A stretch of DNA of 64,000 bases. Source: an uncultured Acidobacteriota bacterium. GTDB lineage: Bacteria; Acidobacteriota; Thermoanaerobaculia; UBA5066; Gp7-AA6. The DNA is taken from contig CAWALG010000030.1 of NCBI GenBank assembly GCA_963782815.1, forward strand, positions 41,187 to 105,186. The letters run 5' to 3'. The number at the start of each line of letters is the position of its first letter. Positions within the stretch are counted from its first letter, which is position 1. Below, piece by piece: positions 1 through 11,009 of this stretch. The position numbers and the translations under genes are program-made. Under the pieces are notes generated by a model. It was not told the DNA's origin, did no database searches, and saw only the letters and a list, made by a program, of their open reading frames with translations.

Positions 1-2173
1 CGCGCGCTCGAGGCAATCGATGGCGGCGTCCCGCTCGCCGAGGCCGGTGTGCACGTGGGCCAGGTGATAGGCGGCCACGTATTGGGTCCTGGCCAGGGCT
101 TCGAGCTCGGCGAGGATGGCCCTCGCCCTCGCCTCCTGTCCCATCATCCCGAGCGCCTGGCCGAGCTGGGCGCGGAACAGGGTAATGTCCGGCGCGAGCT
201 CAACGGCGCGCTCGAGCGCGGCAAAGGCCTCGGCAGTCCTCCCGAGCGTCATGCAGGCCCAGCCGAACACGGTGTGAAGACGCGGGTAGGTGGGATCGAG
301 CGCCAGGGCATGCTCCGCCTCGGCGAGCGCTTCCCGCACCTGTCCCGCCCGCATCAGCTCGTTGGCGAAGTCGCTGCGGATCGCCAGCGGATCGAGCTGT
401 CGCGCCCGTCGCATCAAGGCGAGCGACTCGTCGAAGCGGCTTTGCGCCGAGCAGAGCCAGCCGAGGTGCTGGTAGATGTCGGCGCTGCTCGGGCTGAGCC
501 TCAGAGCCAGCCGGAATTCCTCTTCCGCGCCCGTCCAGTCGAAGTCGCGCGTGAAACGGAGCACCCCGACCATGTCGTGCGCCTCGGCCAGACCGTCGTC
601 GAGCGCCAGCGCGTGGTCCACCGCCTGTTGGGCGCGGGCGAATGCCACCGCCGGCGCGACCAGGTTGATCCCGGCGCTGACGGACTCGCCGTGCGTTTGT
701 GCGATCGCGGCGTAAGCGAGCGCGAAGCCTGGATCGCGCGCGACCGCCTGTTCGAGGAACGCGAGGCTCGCGGTAAACCCTGCCGCGGTGAACTTCTCGA
801 ACTCGTGCCGTCCCTTCAGATAGAGCTGGTAGGCCTCGAGGTCGCGGGTCGGCCGCCGCCCGATCCGGGCACGCTCTTCGAGGGTCATCTCCGCGCGCAG
901 CGCCGCGGCGATCTGCAGCGCCACGTCGGTCTGGATGGCGAAGATGTCATCCAGGTTGCGGTCGTAGGTCTCGGACCACAGGTGCTCATCGGTACGCGGG
1001 TCGACGAGCTGCGCCACGATCCGCACGCGGTTGCCCGAGCGGCGCACGCTCCCATCGACGAGCACGCCGACGCCGAGCGCCGCCCCGATCTCGCGGAGGC
1101 TCTGTTGGCGTCTTCTTGAACGCCATGGCCGACGTGCGCGAGGTCACACGCAGCGTCCCGATCCTGGCGAGATGGGCGATCACGTCCTCTGTGATGCCGT
1201 CGGCGAAGAACTCGTTCTCGGGATCGGCGCTCATGTTCACGAACGGCAGCACGGCCACCGAGGGGAGGCTGACCGTGCCCGGGTCGGCCGGAGGAGCGAG
1301 GCCGAGGCCCTCCGAAATCCCGTCCTTGAGCCGCCCGAGATCGCGCGCCAGGTCCCGCGTGGACGCGTAGCGCTCGTCCGGTTCTTTTGCCAGACATCGC
1401 TCAACGATCCACCGGAGCGGGACGGGCGACTGCGGCGCGCCGATCTCGAGAGGTTCGGGCTCCTCCCGGATGACGGCCGTCATCGTCTCGGGGCTGCTCG
1501 CCCGGGCGAACGCGAGCTTGCCCGTCAACATCTCGAACAGGACCGACCCGAAAGAGAACTGATCCGAACGGAAGTCGATCGGCCTGCCGAGCGCCTGCTC
1601 GGGCGACATGTACGCGACCGTTCCCATGACGGTCCCCGGCTCCGTCACCTTCGAGACGGTCGGCGCCGCCGTCGCCCCGGAGGAGTCCTCCGGCTTCGTC
1701 AGCTTCGCGAGGCCGAAGTCCAGGATCTTCGCGTAACCGTCGGGCGTGACCATCACGTTCTCGGGCTTCAAGTCCCGGTGAACGATTCCGGCTCCGTGCG
1801 CCTTCGCGAGACCGTCGGCCAGCTGCGCCGCGATCCCGATGAGCTTCTTCGTCTGCAACGCCCCCTCGGACAACAGGTCTCGCAGCGTTCGCCCCTCCAC
1901 GAGCTCCATCGCGATGTACGAGGTCGTCCCGGACTTCCCGACGTCATACACGGTGACGATGCCGGGATGGTTCAGAGCCGAGGCGGACCTCGCCTCCTGC
2001 TCGAAGCGCTTCAGGCGATCCGGGTCCCGCGACAGGTCGGCCGGGAGGACCTTGAGAGCCACGTCACGGCCGAGCCTCGAATCTCGCGCGCGGTAAACCT
2101 CTCCCATTCCGCCTGTCCCGAGCGGCGACACGATCTCGTAAGGGCCCAGACGGACCCCGGCGGCCAGACTCAA
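1..2173 (-). CDS. Ser/Thr protein kinase with C-terminal TPR-like region (3' end outside window; one apparent frameshift near 1095-1100)
   Basis: TTG at 2173 gives [46 protein letters not shown] and SPE motifs lie in ORF 986..2656. After ...SRTSAMAFKK the meaningful reading (QSLREIGAALGVGVLVDGSVRRSGNRVRIVAQLVDPRTDEHLWSETYDR..., then TPR-like helices) continues in another minus frame to base 1. The + ORF 49..1119 is its antisense shadow. Confidence 0.85.
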
Positions 2174-2259
2174 GATCCCCGAGAGATTACTGCAATCGCC
2201 AGGGGTGCCACGCCCGGCACGAGGAGCCGCACTGTCCGCCTGCGTCAGCCGGGAGATGG

Positions 2260-2656
2260 TCAGTGGCTCTTGGATCCCGCGGATCGGCTCTGGACGGAGA
2301 GGATGTTGCCGGACGGGTCTTTCCACCACGCGACCCGGAAGTCGCCCGCGCGATGGATGTCGCCTTCGCGCGTCAGGTCGGGCAGGTCGTAGTGCTCGAA
2401 TGTCACCCCGCGGGACTTCAGTTGCTTGACGACCCCCTCGACATCGTCGACCTCCCACACGGCCGGCCGTGCCCTTGTTCGTCCCCGCGAATTCCGAGCG
2501 ATAGACGTTGAGAGTCGCGTTGCCGCTCTGGTAGGTCACGGCGACACCCGGCTCCTCGTGGAGCCTCTTCAGTCCCAGGGTTTCCTCGTAGAACTTCTCC
2601 GCCTTCTTCAGATCATTGACGGGAAGCATCGGCTGTACGTTCGCATCACCCAGCAT
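2260..2656 (-). CDS. VOC/glyoxalase-fold protein (apparent frameshift near 2460)
   Basis: The N-half MLGDANVQPMLPVNDLKKAEKFYEETLGLKRLHEEPGVAVTYQSGNATLNVY is at the top of ORF 986..2656. The C-half MWEVDDVEGVVKQLKSRGVTFEHYDLPDL...WWKDPSGNILSV is ORF 2260..2460, in a different frame. Together they make a roughly 130-aa VOC-type protein. Confidence 0.7.
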
Positions 2657-2799
2657 CGTCTCCTCCTTTCGTAATAAGGGAAAGAGTTCGCAGAACCTCC
2701 GATCCGGCCGGCACCCTGAGACGCAGCAAGACCGGGGCCAGGACCGAGGCGCGACGATTACCGGGCGTCAGACGTCATAAAGCGTCGCCGGTTTCGGGC

Positions 2800-5524
2800 T
2801 CAATGCGCCGCCGGCGCCCAGTTCTGGACGAGGGTGGCCGGAGTCGAGGCCTTCTCGGCGACGATCGTGTTGATCAGGAACCGCTGGCCGTCGGGGAAGA
2901 CGTCGTACTGGGGGATGTTGGTGCGGCGCGAAGAGGTGCGGAAGAGAGGCTGCGGCGTGCCGGTCTCGAAGCCGCCGTCCGTCCGGACGGGGACAGCCAT
3001 GAGCTGGCGGCCGAGGTCCAGGTAGAAGAGCTCCTTGCCGTCCGCTCTCCACTTCGGCTGCCGGCCGCCCGCCGTCGAGACCTGGCGCCGGCCTCCCGGG
3101 CCCGGAAACGCCGCGACGTAAATCTCGGGCCGGCCCGTCTCGGAGGAGAGGTACGCGATCCACCGTCCGTCCGGGGAGAACGCGGTGTCGCGCTCGCTCG
3201 ACGGCGTCGAGAGGAGGAGCTTCAGCGTCTGCGTCTCGACCTCGAGCAGCCACATGTCGTCCTCGGTCTTCGCATTGGATCCGTTGAAGGCGATGAACCG
3301 TCCGTCCGGCGACCAGTCCGTGAGGAACCTGGAGCGGGGGAGGGCGAAGTCCTGCGTCTGCTCGAACGCGGAGCGGGGCCGGCCGGCTCGGCGGCCACGA
3401 TCGGCCGCTCCTCTTCCGAGGAGCCCAGGATTTTCTGATAGATGGACCAGAGGCCCTTGCGGTACGACGCGTACGCGATCCTCTTGCCGTCGCGGGAGAA
3501 GACCGGCGTGTAATCCTCGCCCGGATCGAAGCTGATCCGGGCCGGCGCCTCCCGGCCGGCGGCGTCGAAGATCCAGATGTCGCGGTTGGTGCTGACCGGA
3601 TCGACGACCTCGGCCGCGACGCGCCGGCCATCGGGCGAGATTCGCGGCGTCCAGTAGTTCCCCGTCGGCGCGGCGTTGCCGAGCGGCTTTCCCGAACGGT
3701 CGAACACCGTCAGCTGCGAGAGGCCGATCGTTCCACCCTCCGCGTAGGCGAGGAGCCCTTCCTGGGACACGGAGAAGATCCCGGTCGAGGCGTCCGCGAG
3801 GTACTGAACGTGCCGCGCGACGACCTGCGGGTCCCCCGGAGCTCCAGCTTTTCGGCGTCGAAGGGGTGGGCGAGGAGATCTCCATTCCAGACGTAGAGGA
3901 GATATCCCGGCGGCGCGTACACCGTCCTCGATGCGGCGCGCAGAAGCAGCTTGCGGTCCTTCGATCCGAGCTCCTGCACGTAGAGCTCGCTCTCGGAGCG
4001 GCGCGTGGACGGATCCACGCGCTGCACGACGTAGAGGAAGTGCTTCCCGTCCGGGAGGAACTCCGGATACTGGTGCACGCTCTCGCCGCGGCTCGCGTCG
4101 ATCGCCGTGATCGCGACGCGCTCGCGGTCCTGCGGCGACACGCGGTAGATCGGGGAGAGCAGCGACGGCGAGTAGAGGATGATGCCCTCCCGGTTCCAGG
4201 TCGCGCCGCGGCCCGGGCCGATCGCGGCGATGGATTCGACGGCGCCGCCGTTGGCCGGAATCCTGGAGAGTCCCGTCAGCATCGTCGCGAACCCGATCCA
4301 GCGCCCATCGGGGGACCAGAACGGGTTTCTCGCTCCGTCGGTCCCGGCGAGAAGCTGCGCCGCGGGCTGGTCGAGCGCGCGCGCCGCGAGGACGACGTGG
4401 CCTTCGATGTCGTGGACCGGAAAGACGACGCGGGTCCCGTCGGGCGAGAGCGCGAGCGGTCCCGACAGCGGGTCGAGAAACCACCCGTCCGGCGCGACGA
4501 GCGAGGACACGATCCGGCGAGCCGGCGCGGCCTGCGGGCGCCGGCCGAAATGGACCTGCTGTCCGATCAGAAAGGCCGCGATCGCGGCTGCCGCGATCCA
4601 GAGCCAGGAGAGCCGGCCGCTTCGCTCCTTCGCGGCGGGCCGGGCGGGGATTCCGGCGCGTCCGGCGGGGTCTCCAGCTCGATTCGAGCGTCGGCGATGT
4701 CGTGGAAGCGCCGGTCCCGGTCGCGCTCGAGGCAGCGCCGGAGGACCTTCCGGACGTTGGCGGGAGTTCTGCGGGCAGCGCGGTCCAGTCCGGATCGGTC
4801 TTCAGGACCGCCGCGAGCGTGTCGGAGACGGTCTCTCCCTCGAAGGCGCGGCGTCCCGGTCAGCATCTCGTAGAGCAGCGCGCCGAAAGCCCAGATGTCG
4901 GCGCGCTTGTCCACGGGCTTGCCGCGCGCCTGCTCCGGGCTCATGTAGGCGGCCGTGCCGAGGATCATCCCCGCCGCGGTCGCCCGGCCCGTCATCGTCG
5001 GTGAGCTGCGTCAGTTGCGGCGTGCTGCCCGACGTCGGGTCCGTTTCGAAGACCTTCGCCAGCCCGAAGTCGAGGATCTTGACCCTGCCGTCGTGCGCGA
5101 CGATGACGTTGGCGGGCTTCAGGTCCCGGTGGATGATCCCGCGCTCGTGCGCCGCCTCCAGCGCCTCGGCGATCTGGCGCGCGATCGGAAGCGCTTCCTC
5201 GATCGGGATCGCCCCGCGCGCGATCCGCGCGTCCAGCCCCTCGCCTTCGACGAGCTCCATGACCAGGATGTGACGCCCGTCCACGGCCTCGAAGGAGTGG
5301 ACGGCCGCGATGCCGGGGTGATTCAAGGCGGCGAGCGCCTTCGCCTCGCGCTCGAAACGCGCGATCCGGTCCCGGTCCTCGAAGAACTCCTCGGGCAGGA
5401 CCTTGATCGCCACGGTCCGGTCGAGGCGCCCGTCCCGCGCCTTCCACACTTCTCCCATTCCTCCCGCTCCGATGGGAGAGAGGACCTCGTAGGGGCCGAG
5501 GCGCGAACCGGCTGTGAGAGTCAA
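2800..5524 (-). CDS. Ser/Thr protein kinase fused to PD40/TolB-type beta-propeller (at least 5 apparent frameshifts)
   Basis: [44 protein letters not shown] and DFG are in ORF 4802..5524. AAYMSPEQ is in ORF 4567..4995. A TM segment follows, then PD40 repeats ([54 protein letters not shown]) spread over ORFs 3710..4510, 3222..4484 and 2800..3885. Confidence 0.85.
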
Positions 5525-5663
5525 GCTGTCTCAGAATACCGCGACGCGGCGGGACCGGCTCGGCCTGCGGGTCCGGGGTCACTCAAGGGCAGTCACGACG
5601 CAGAGCTTGCCCGGTACACCCTCGCCCACACCTCCCGCGAGCCCGATGCTAAGATCGCGGCCA

Positions 5664-6293
5664 ATGGCCATCGAATTCGTTCAGAACTACACCGATCTCT
5701 CGACCGACAAGGGGTATCAGTTCAAGTTCTTCTGCGACAAGTGCGGCAACGGGTACATGTCTTCCTTCCGGGCGTCCGCCATCGGGATCGCCTCGTCGGC
5801 GGCGCAGGTGGCGGGCAGTCTCTTCGGCGGCGTCTTCGGAAAGATCGGCTCCAGCTCCTACGAGGTCCAGCGCGCGATCGGCGGCCCCGCGCACGACAAG
5901 GCCCTCGAAGCCGCCGTCACGGAGATGAAGCCGAAGTTCAAGCAGTGCAGCCGGTGCGGCCGATGGGTGTGCGGGGAGGTCTGCTGGAACCACGAGCAGA
6001 ATCTCTGCGAGCAGTGCGCGCCCAACCTCGACGAGGCGATCGCCTCGGCGCAGGCCGAGGCGGCGAAGGATCAGGCCTTCGAGAAAGCGAAGAGCGTTGA
6101 TTGGCTGAAGGACCGCGACATCTCCCGCAAGCAGGCGGCGACGTGCCCCGCCTGCGGAGCGCACACGCAAGGCGGGAAGTTCTGCCCCTCCTGCGGCGCC
6201 AATCTCTCGCCCGCCGTCAACTGCGGCAAGTGCGGGACGAAGATCGAGGGAGCCCCGAAGTTCTGTCCCGAGTGCGGCAACAAGCTCGGCTGA
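5664..6293 (+). CDS. zinc-ribbon domain protein
   Basis: An in-frame ATG at 5664 within ORF 5514..6293 gives MAIEFVQNYTDLSTDKGYQFKFFCDKCGNGY. There are multiple CxxC pairs (CDKCG, CSRCG, CEQC, CPACG, CPSCG, CGKCG, CPECG). TAAGAT lies about 8 nt upstream of the ATG. Confidence 0.75.
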   Translation: MAIEFVQNYTDLSTDKGYQFKFFCDKCGNGYMSSFRASAIGIASSAAQVAGSLFGGVFGKIGSSSYEVQRAIGGPAHDKALEAAVTEMKPKFKQCSRCGRWVCGEVCWNHEQNLCEQCAPNLDEAIASAQAEAAKDQAFEKAKSVDWLKDRDISRKQAATCPACGAHTQGGKFCPSCGANLSPAVNCGKCGTKIEGAPKFCPECGNKLG

Positions 6294-6331
6294 TCCTGAC
6301 CACGCGCCCGCCCCTCGTCGTCCTCCACGCG

Positions 6332-6830
6332 CCGTAGGGGCGGGCCTCGCGCCCGCCCGCCTCTTCCGAATGCGCCGAGGCGTCGAGACTGCCGCGGACT
6401 ACACCACGAGCCTTACACCTGGCGATCGTGCCTTCCGCGCCGTAGGGGCGGGCCTTGCGCCCGCCCGCCTCTTCCGGATACGCCGAGGCGTCGAGACTGC
6501 CGCGGACTACACCATGAGCCTTACACCTGGCGATCGTGCCTTCCGCGCCGTAGGGGCGGGCCTTGCGCCCGCCCGCCTCTTCAGGATGCGCCGAGGCGTC
6601 GAGACTGCCGCGGACTACACCATGAGCCTTACACCTGGCGATCGTGCCTTCGGCGCCGTAGGGGCGGGCCTTGCGCCCGCCCGCCTCTTCCGGGTGCGCC
6701 GAGGCGTCGAGACTGCCGCGGACTACACCATGAGCCTTACACCTGGCGATCGTGCCTTCGGCGCCGTAGGGGCGGGCCTTGCGCCCGCCCGCCTCTCTCA
6801 GGTGCGCCGAGATGTCGAGACCGGAGGAAC
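6332..6830. repeat. Tandem array A: 108-bp unit x about 4.6, each with hairpin gggcgggc-cttgc-gcccgccc
   Basis: Unit starts (ccgtagggg) are at 6332, 6440, 6548, 6656 and 6764, an exact 108-bp period. Units are near-identical. The last unit diverges after the hairpin. Confidence 0.95.
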
Positions 6831-6867
6831 CCGACGCGCCTCACTCCTTCCGATCGGCCCCCAAGAG

Positions 6868-7345
6868 CGGGACGTCGTGGAATGCTGGGCGTTATCGCGA
6901 TGTCGTCCGTCTCGCACGAATGGCTTGATGGCGAGAGGCGGGCGGCCGCAAGGGCCGCCCCTACGGCACGAGGGGAGTCGAGGAGAGTGGTGGCGTGATC
7001 ACGATGTTGTCCGTCTCGCACGAATGGCTTGATGGCGAGAGGCGGGCGGCCGCAAGGGCCGCCCCTACGGCACGGGGGGCACGTCGAGGAGAGTGGTGGC
7101 GTGATCACGATGTTGTCCGTCTCGCACGAATGGCTTGATGGCGAGAGGCGGGCGGCCGCAAGGGCCGCCCCTACGGCACGAGGGGCACGTCGAGGAGAGT
7201 GGTGGCGTGATCACGATGTTGTCCGTCTCGCACGAATGGCTCGATGGCGAGAGGCGGGCGGCCGCAAGGGCCGCCCCTACGGCACGAGGGGCACGTCGAG
7301 GGATGCGGTGGCGCCCTTGTCAACTCGTCCGTCTCGCATTGAATC
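6868..7345. repeat. Tandem array B: about 106-bp unit x about 4.5, opposite polarity to array A, hairpin gggcggcc-gcaag-ggccgccc
   Basis: The landmark gtccgtctcgca occurs at 6905, 7009, 7115, 7221 and 7327 (spacings 104/106/106/106). A degenerate partial unit starts near 6868. The last partial unit abuts the stop of the BNR gene (7344). Confidence 0.95.
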
Positions 7346-10300
7346 AGGGGTCCTCGTCCGGTTCGTCCGGCTCCTCCCGGCCCGGCGCCTCGGGCTCCTT
7401 CACGGTCATGATCTGGACGTAGCCCTTCCCCTTCATCGCGTCGTTGAACGCGGGGACGGCCTTGCCGTAGAAGTCGTCGAACTCCTTGCGCGCGGAGGCG
7501 AGCTGCCCGGAGAGGAGCGCATAGACGTCGAGCTCCGGCTGCGTCGGGGGATAGTCGGAGTTGCCCGAGACGTCGCTGCCGCTGACACCGGACTCGGCCT
7601 GGAGCCAGATGAGCTTCAAGTAGAGCTCGAGCGGGCCGCGGAACGACTTCTGGTCTCCTTCCGCGAGCGTGGGCTGGAGGAGCTTGTCCTCGACGGCGCG
7701 GGCCTTCTTCTCGAGCTCGTCGGCCTGCTCGAAGACGGGCTTGTCGGCCTTGCCCGCCTTGAGCATCCTGCGAAAGTCCTCGAGCTGTTTGCGCGTCCAC
7801 TCGATCTCGTTGATCATCCGGGCGGCCGCGCTGATGTCGTCGTAGATCCCGCGCGAGAAGTTCGCCGAGGCCGCGACGTCGGCGTCGCTTCGGCCCGAGC
7901 GGGGATCCTTCAAGACGGTGAGCGGCCGCGTTCCGATCTCCTTCCCTTCGACCGTGAGCTTGACCGTGTAAGTGCCCGGGGCGACGAGGGGGCCCTTCTT
8001 GGGAACGGTGATGCCGTAATAGAAGACGCCGCGATGGTCCTTGCCGACGAAACGCTTCTCCTCCCAGATGTGCGGATTGCCGGCGGGCGTGGTCCGCATG
8101 CGGACGTCCACCGTCTGTTCGTAGGCGAGGTCCCAGGCGACGCGGTTCAACCCCGCCTTGTTCGTCCCCTTGATCGTCCGGATCTTCTTCCCGGCGGAAT
8201 CCCAGATCGTGATCTCGATCGGGTTCTTCTTCGGCGCGGCGTTCTCGGCCTCGGCGTCGCCCTCCTTCTCGGGAACCTTCAGCGGATCCTTCAGCCAGTA
8301 GTTGATCGCGGCGCCGTAGGGCGGGTTCTGTCCTTGCGCCGCTCCCGCGGGGACGAGGTTGGGCCGCGAGGTGGAGCGGAACCGGTAGGCCGGCCGCGGA
8401 TCGAAGAGATGCGAGGCGGAGGCGCGGACGGCGTCCGTCAACTGCTCGAGCGGAGTCACGTCGTCCAGGATGTAGAAGCCGCGCCCGTAGGTCCCGACGA
8501 CGAGGTCGTGGAAATGCTCCTGGATCGTCATCCAGTAGACCGGAGCGTGCGGGAGCTTGTCTTGCAGCGGCTCCCAGCGCCCGCCGTCGTCGAAGGAGAC
8601 GTAGAGCGCGTTCTCGGTCCCGGCAAAGAGAAGCCCCTTGCGGAAGGGGTCCTCGCGCACGACATGCGCATACGAGAGCGGGCTCTTCGGAATGTTGGAG
8701 GCGATCGCCTTCCAGCTCTTCCCGTAGTCCGCCGTCTTGAAGAGAAAGGGATCGCGGTTGTCCACCTGGTGCAGGTCCACGGCGATGTAGCACGTCCCCG
8801 CGTCGAAGCGGGAGGGCTCGACGCTGCCCACCGTGCCCCTGGGGGGCAGGCCGGGGATTCCGGGTGTGACGTTGGACCAGTGGGCGCCGCCGTCCCTGGT
8901 GACCTGGACCACGCCGTCGTTGGTGCCGGCCCAGATGACGCCCTTCTCGAGCGGCGACTCGGCGATCGAGTAGACGACGCCGGCGTACTCGACGGAGAGG
9001 TTGTCCACGGTCAATCCGCCGGAGTCGCCCATCATGCTCTTGTCGTTGGTCGTCAGGTCCGGGCTGATCGCCTTCCAGGTCTGCCCGCCGTCGGAGGTCG
9101 CGTAGACGTACTGGCTCCCCACGTACACGGTGTTGTGGTCGTGCGGCGAGATCGCGATCGGGAACGTCCAGTTCATGCGGAGCTTGATCTCTCCCGCGTT
9201 GGCGCCCATCGTCCGCTCCGGCCACGGGCTGACGGTGCGCGCCATCCCGGTCTTCGCGTCGAAGCGCTCGACGACCCCGGCGTAGCAGCCGCCCCAGACG
9301 ATGTCGGGATCCACCGGGTCGGGAGTCGCCCAGCCGGTCTCGCAGCCGGCCGTCGAGGTCCATTGCGCCGGGGAGATCCCGCCGGCTCCGGGGACGACGC
9401 TCGGGCCGCGCATCGAGCCGTCGTCCTGCATCTGGCCGTACACGAAGTACGGGATCCGGTTGTCGGTCGTGACGTGGTACATCTGGCCGATCGGCAGCCG
9501 CATCGACGACCACTGCCGGCCGCGCGTCGTCGAGATCAGGACGCCGAGGTCGTTGCCGATCATCATGCGGCGCGGGTCCTTCGGGTCCGCCCACATGTCG
9601 TGGTTGTCGCCGCCCCAGCGGATCTGCTCCGCGGTCTCGCCGCCGTCGTAAGTCGCTCCCATCATGTTGGAGGGGAAATAGACCTCGTTGGCGTTGTCGG
9701 GCATGACGAGCATCCGCGTGTAGTAGTGGGGGCGCTCGTTCAAGAGCCGGCTGTGGTTGACGAGCTTCCACTTTTCCCCGCCGTCGTCGGAGCGCCAGAG
9801 CGACCCGCGCTGCCCCGTCTCGATGAGCGCGTAGACGCGCTGCGAGTCGCTCTGAGCCACGGCGACGGCGATCTTGCCGAGCGGAGGCTCCGGCAGGCCG
9901 TGTCCCGTGATCCGCTTCCAACGTCGTCCCGCCGTCGCGCGAAACGAAGACGCCGCTCCCGGGCCCTCCGCTCTTGCGCCCCCACGTCTTGATGTCGATC
10001 TGCCACGCGCCGGCGAAGAGGGTGCGCGGATTGTTCGGGTCCATCGCCAGGTCGGACACGCCCGTGTTCGCGTCCACGAAGAGGACTCGCTCCCAGGACT
10101 TGCCGCCGTCCATCGTGCGGTAGACGCCACGCTCCTGCTGCGGGCCGTAGCCGGTCCCGATCGCCGCCGCGAAGACGATGTCCGGGTTGCGCGGGTCGAT
10201 CGCGATCCGGGGAATCCGTCCTGTCTTCTCCAGGCCCATGTGCTTCCAGCTCTTCCCGGCGTCGGTGGACTTGTAGATCCCGTTTCCGAGCGAGACGTTC

Positions 10301-10698
10301 GACCGGATGAAGGGCTCGCCGGTCCCGACCCACACGACGTTCGAATCCGACGGGGCGATCGCGATCGAGCCGATCGACTGCGCGGGCTCGTCGTCGAAGA
10401 CCGGCTTCCAGTGAACGCCGCCGTCGGTGGACTTCCAGACGCCGCCGGAGGCCGCGCCGGCGTAGCAGGTATTCGGATCCCCGGGCACTCCGACGACCGC
10501 CGAGACGCGGTTGCCCGGCGGGCCGATGAACCGGTATTTCAGGCCGGCGTAGGGGTCGGCGGGCTTTGCCTCCGCCGCGGCCGGCGCGGAGGACTTCCCC
10601 GCTTGCGCCGCGGCCAGGCCAGAGGTAAGAGCGAGAGCGGCAGCTGCCCACGCGCCGAGTCTCCTCATGGCATTCTCGAGGTCTCTCCTCCGTCTCAT
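7344..10698 (-). CDS. BNR/Asp-box repeat (sortilin/VPS10-like) secreted glycosidase-like protein (one apparent frameshift near 9920)
   Basis: ATG at 10698 is preceded by ggaggga. The signal peptide is MRRLGAWAAAALALTSGLAAAQA. There are many SxDxGxxW boxes (STDGGVHW, STDAGKSW, TMDGGKSW, SDDGGEKW, TSDGGQTW, TRDGGAHW, TADYGKSW). The N-part is in the frame of ORF 7171..10866 and the rest in ORF 7344..10130. The junction ...SRDGGTT/WKRITGHGL implies a 1-nt insertion at the aa run 9920-9921. Confidence 0.9.
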
Positions 10699-11009
10699 AC
10701 TTGAGCTCCCTCCTGTGGGCGGACTATCTCCCCGGATGAAGGGGTTTTGAATCGGATAAGCTTGAGAAAGACTACATCGCCTGGAACGGGCCCTGCAGGG
10801 ACAGGAAAGAGGGCCCCGATGGCTGGAGAAGGATTCATCGAACCGGCATCCCTGATGTAATTGCATTACGGCCGGACTCGTCAGAAATGCTCAGCTACTG
10901 GACGGACCGATCTCCCGGGAACGTCCGGGGGAGCCTCGGAGTTTCCCGGTGACGCGCTACGTAGTTTTCCGAGGTCACGTCCCTTCTGAGGCCCGACTAA
11001 CGTACGACG

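Noticed and set aside
6370-7032. 220-aa ORF with perfect 36-aa repeats (RRGVETAADYTMSLTPGDRAFRAVGAGLAPARLF...), since 108 bp is a multiple of 3
   Set aside because: There is no SD, and the composition is just the translated GC-rich hairpin unit. The ORF runs through the array junction into unrelated sequence. The sister array has a 106-bp period that cannot maintain a frame. It is most likely a by-product of the repeat, though ribosome profiling could overturn this.
6332-7345. Possible CRISPR array (regularly spaced GC-rich palindromic repeats)
   Set aside because: The whole 106-108-bp unit is conserved from copy to copy, so there are no unique spacers. The period is far longer than a CRISPR repeat+spacer with a 21-nt hairpin core, the two halves have opposite polarity, and no cas genes are present in the window.
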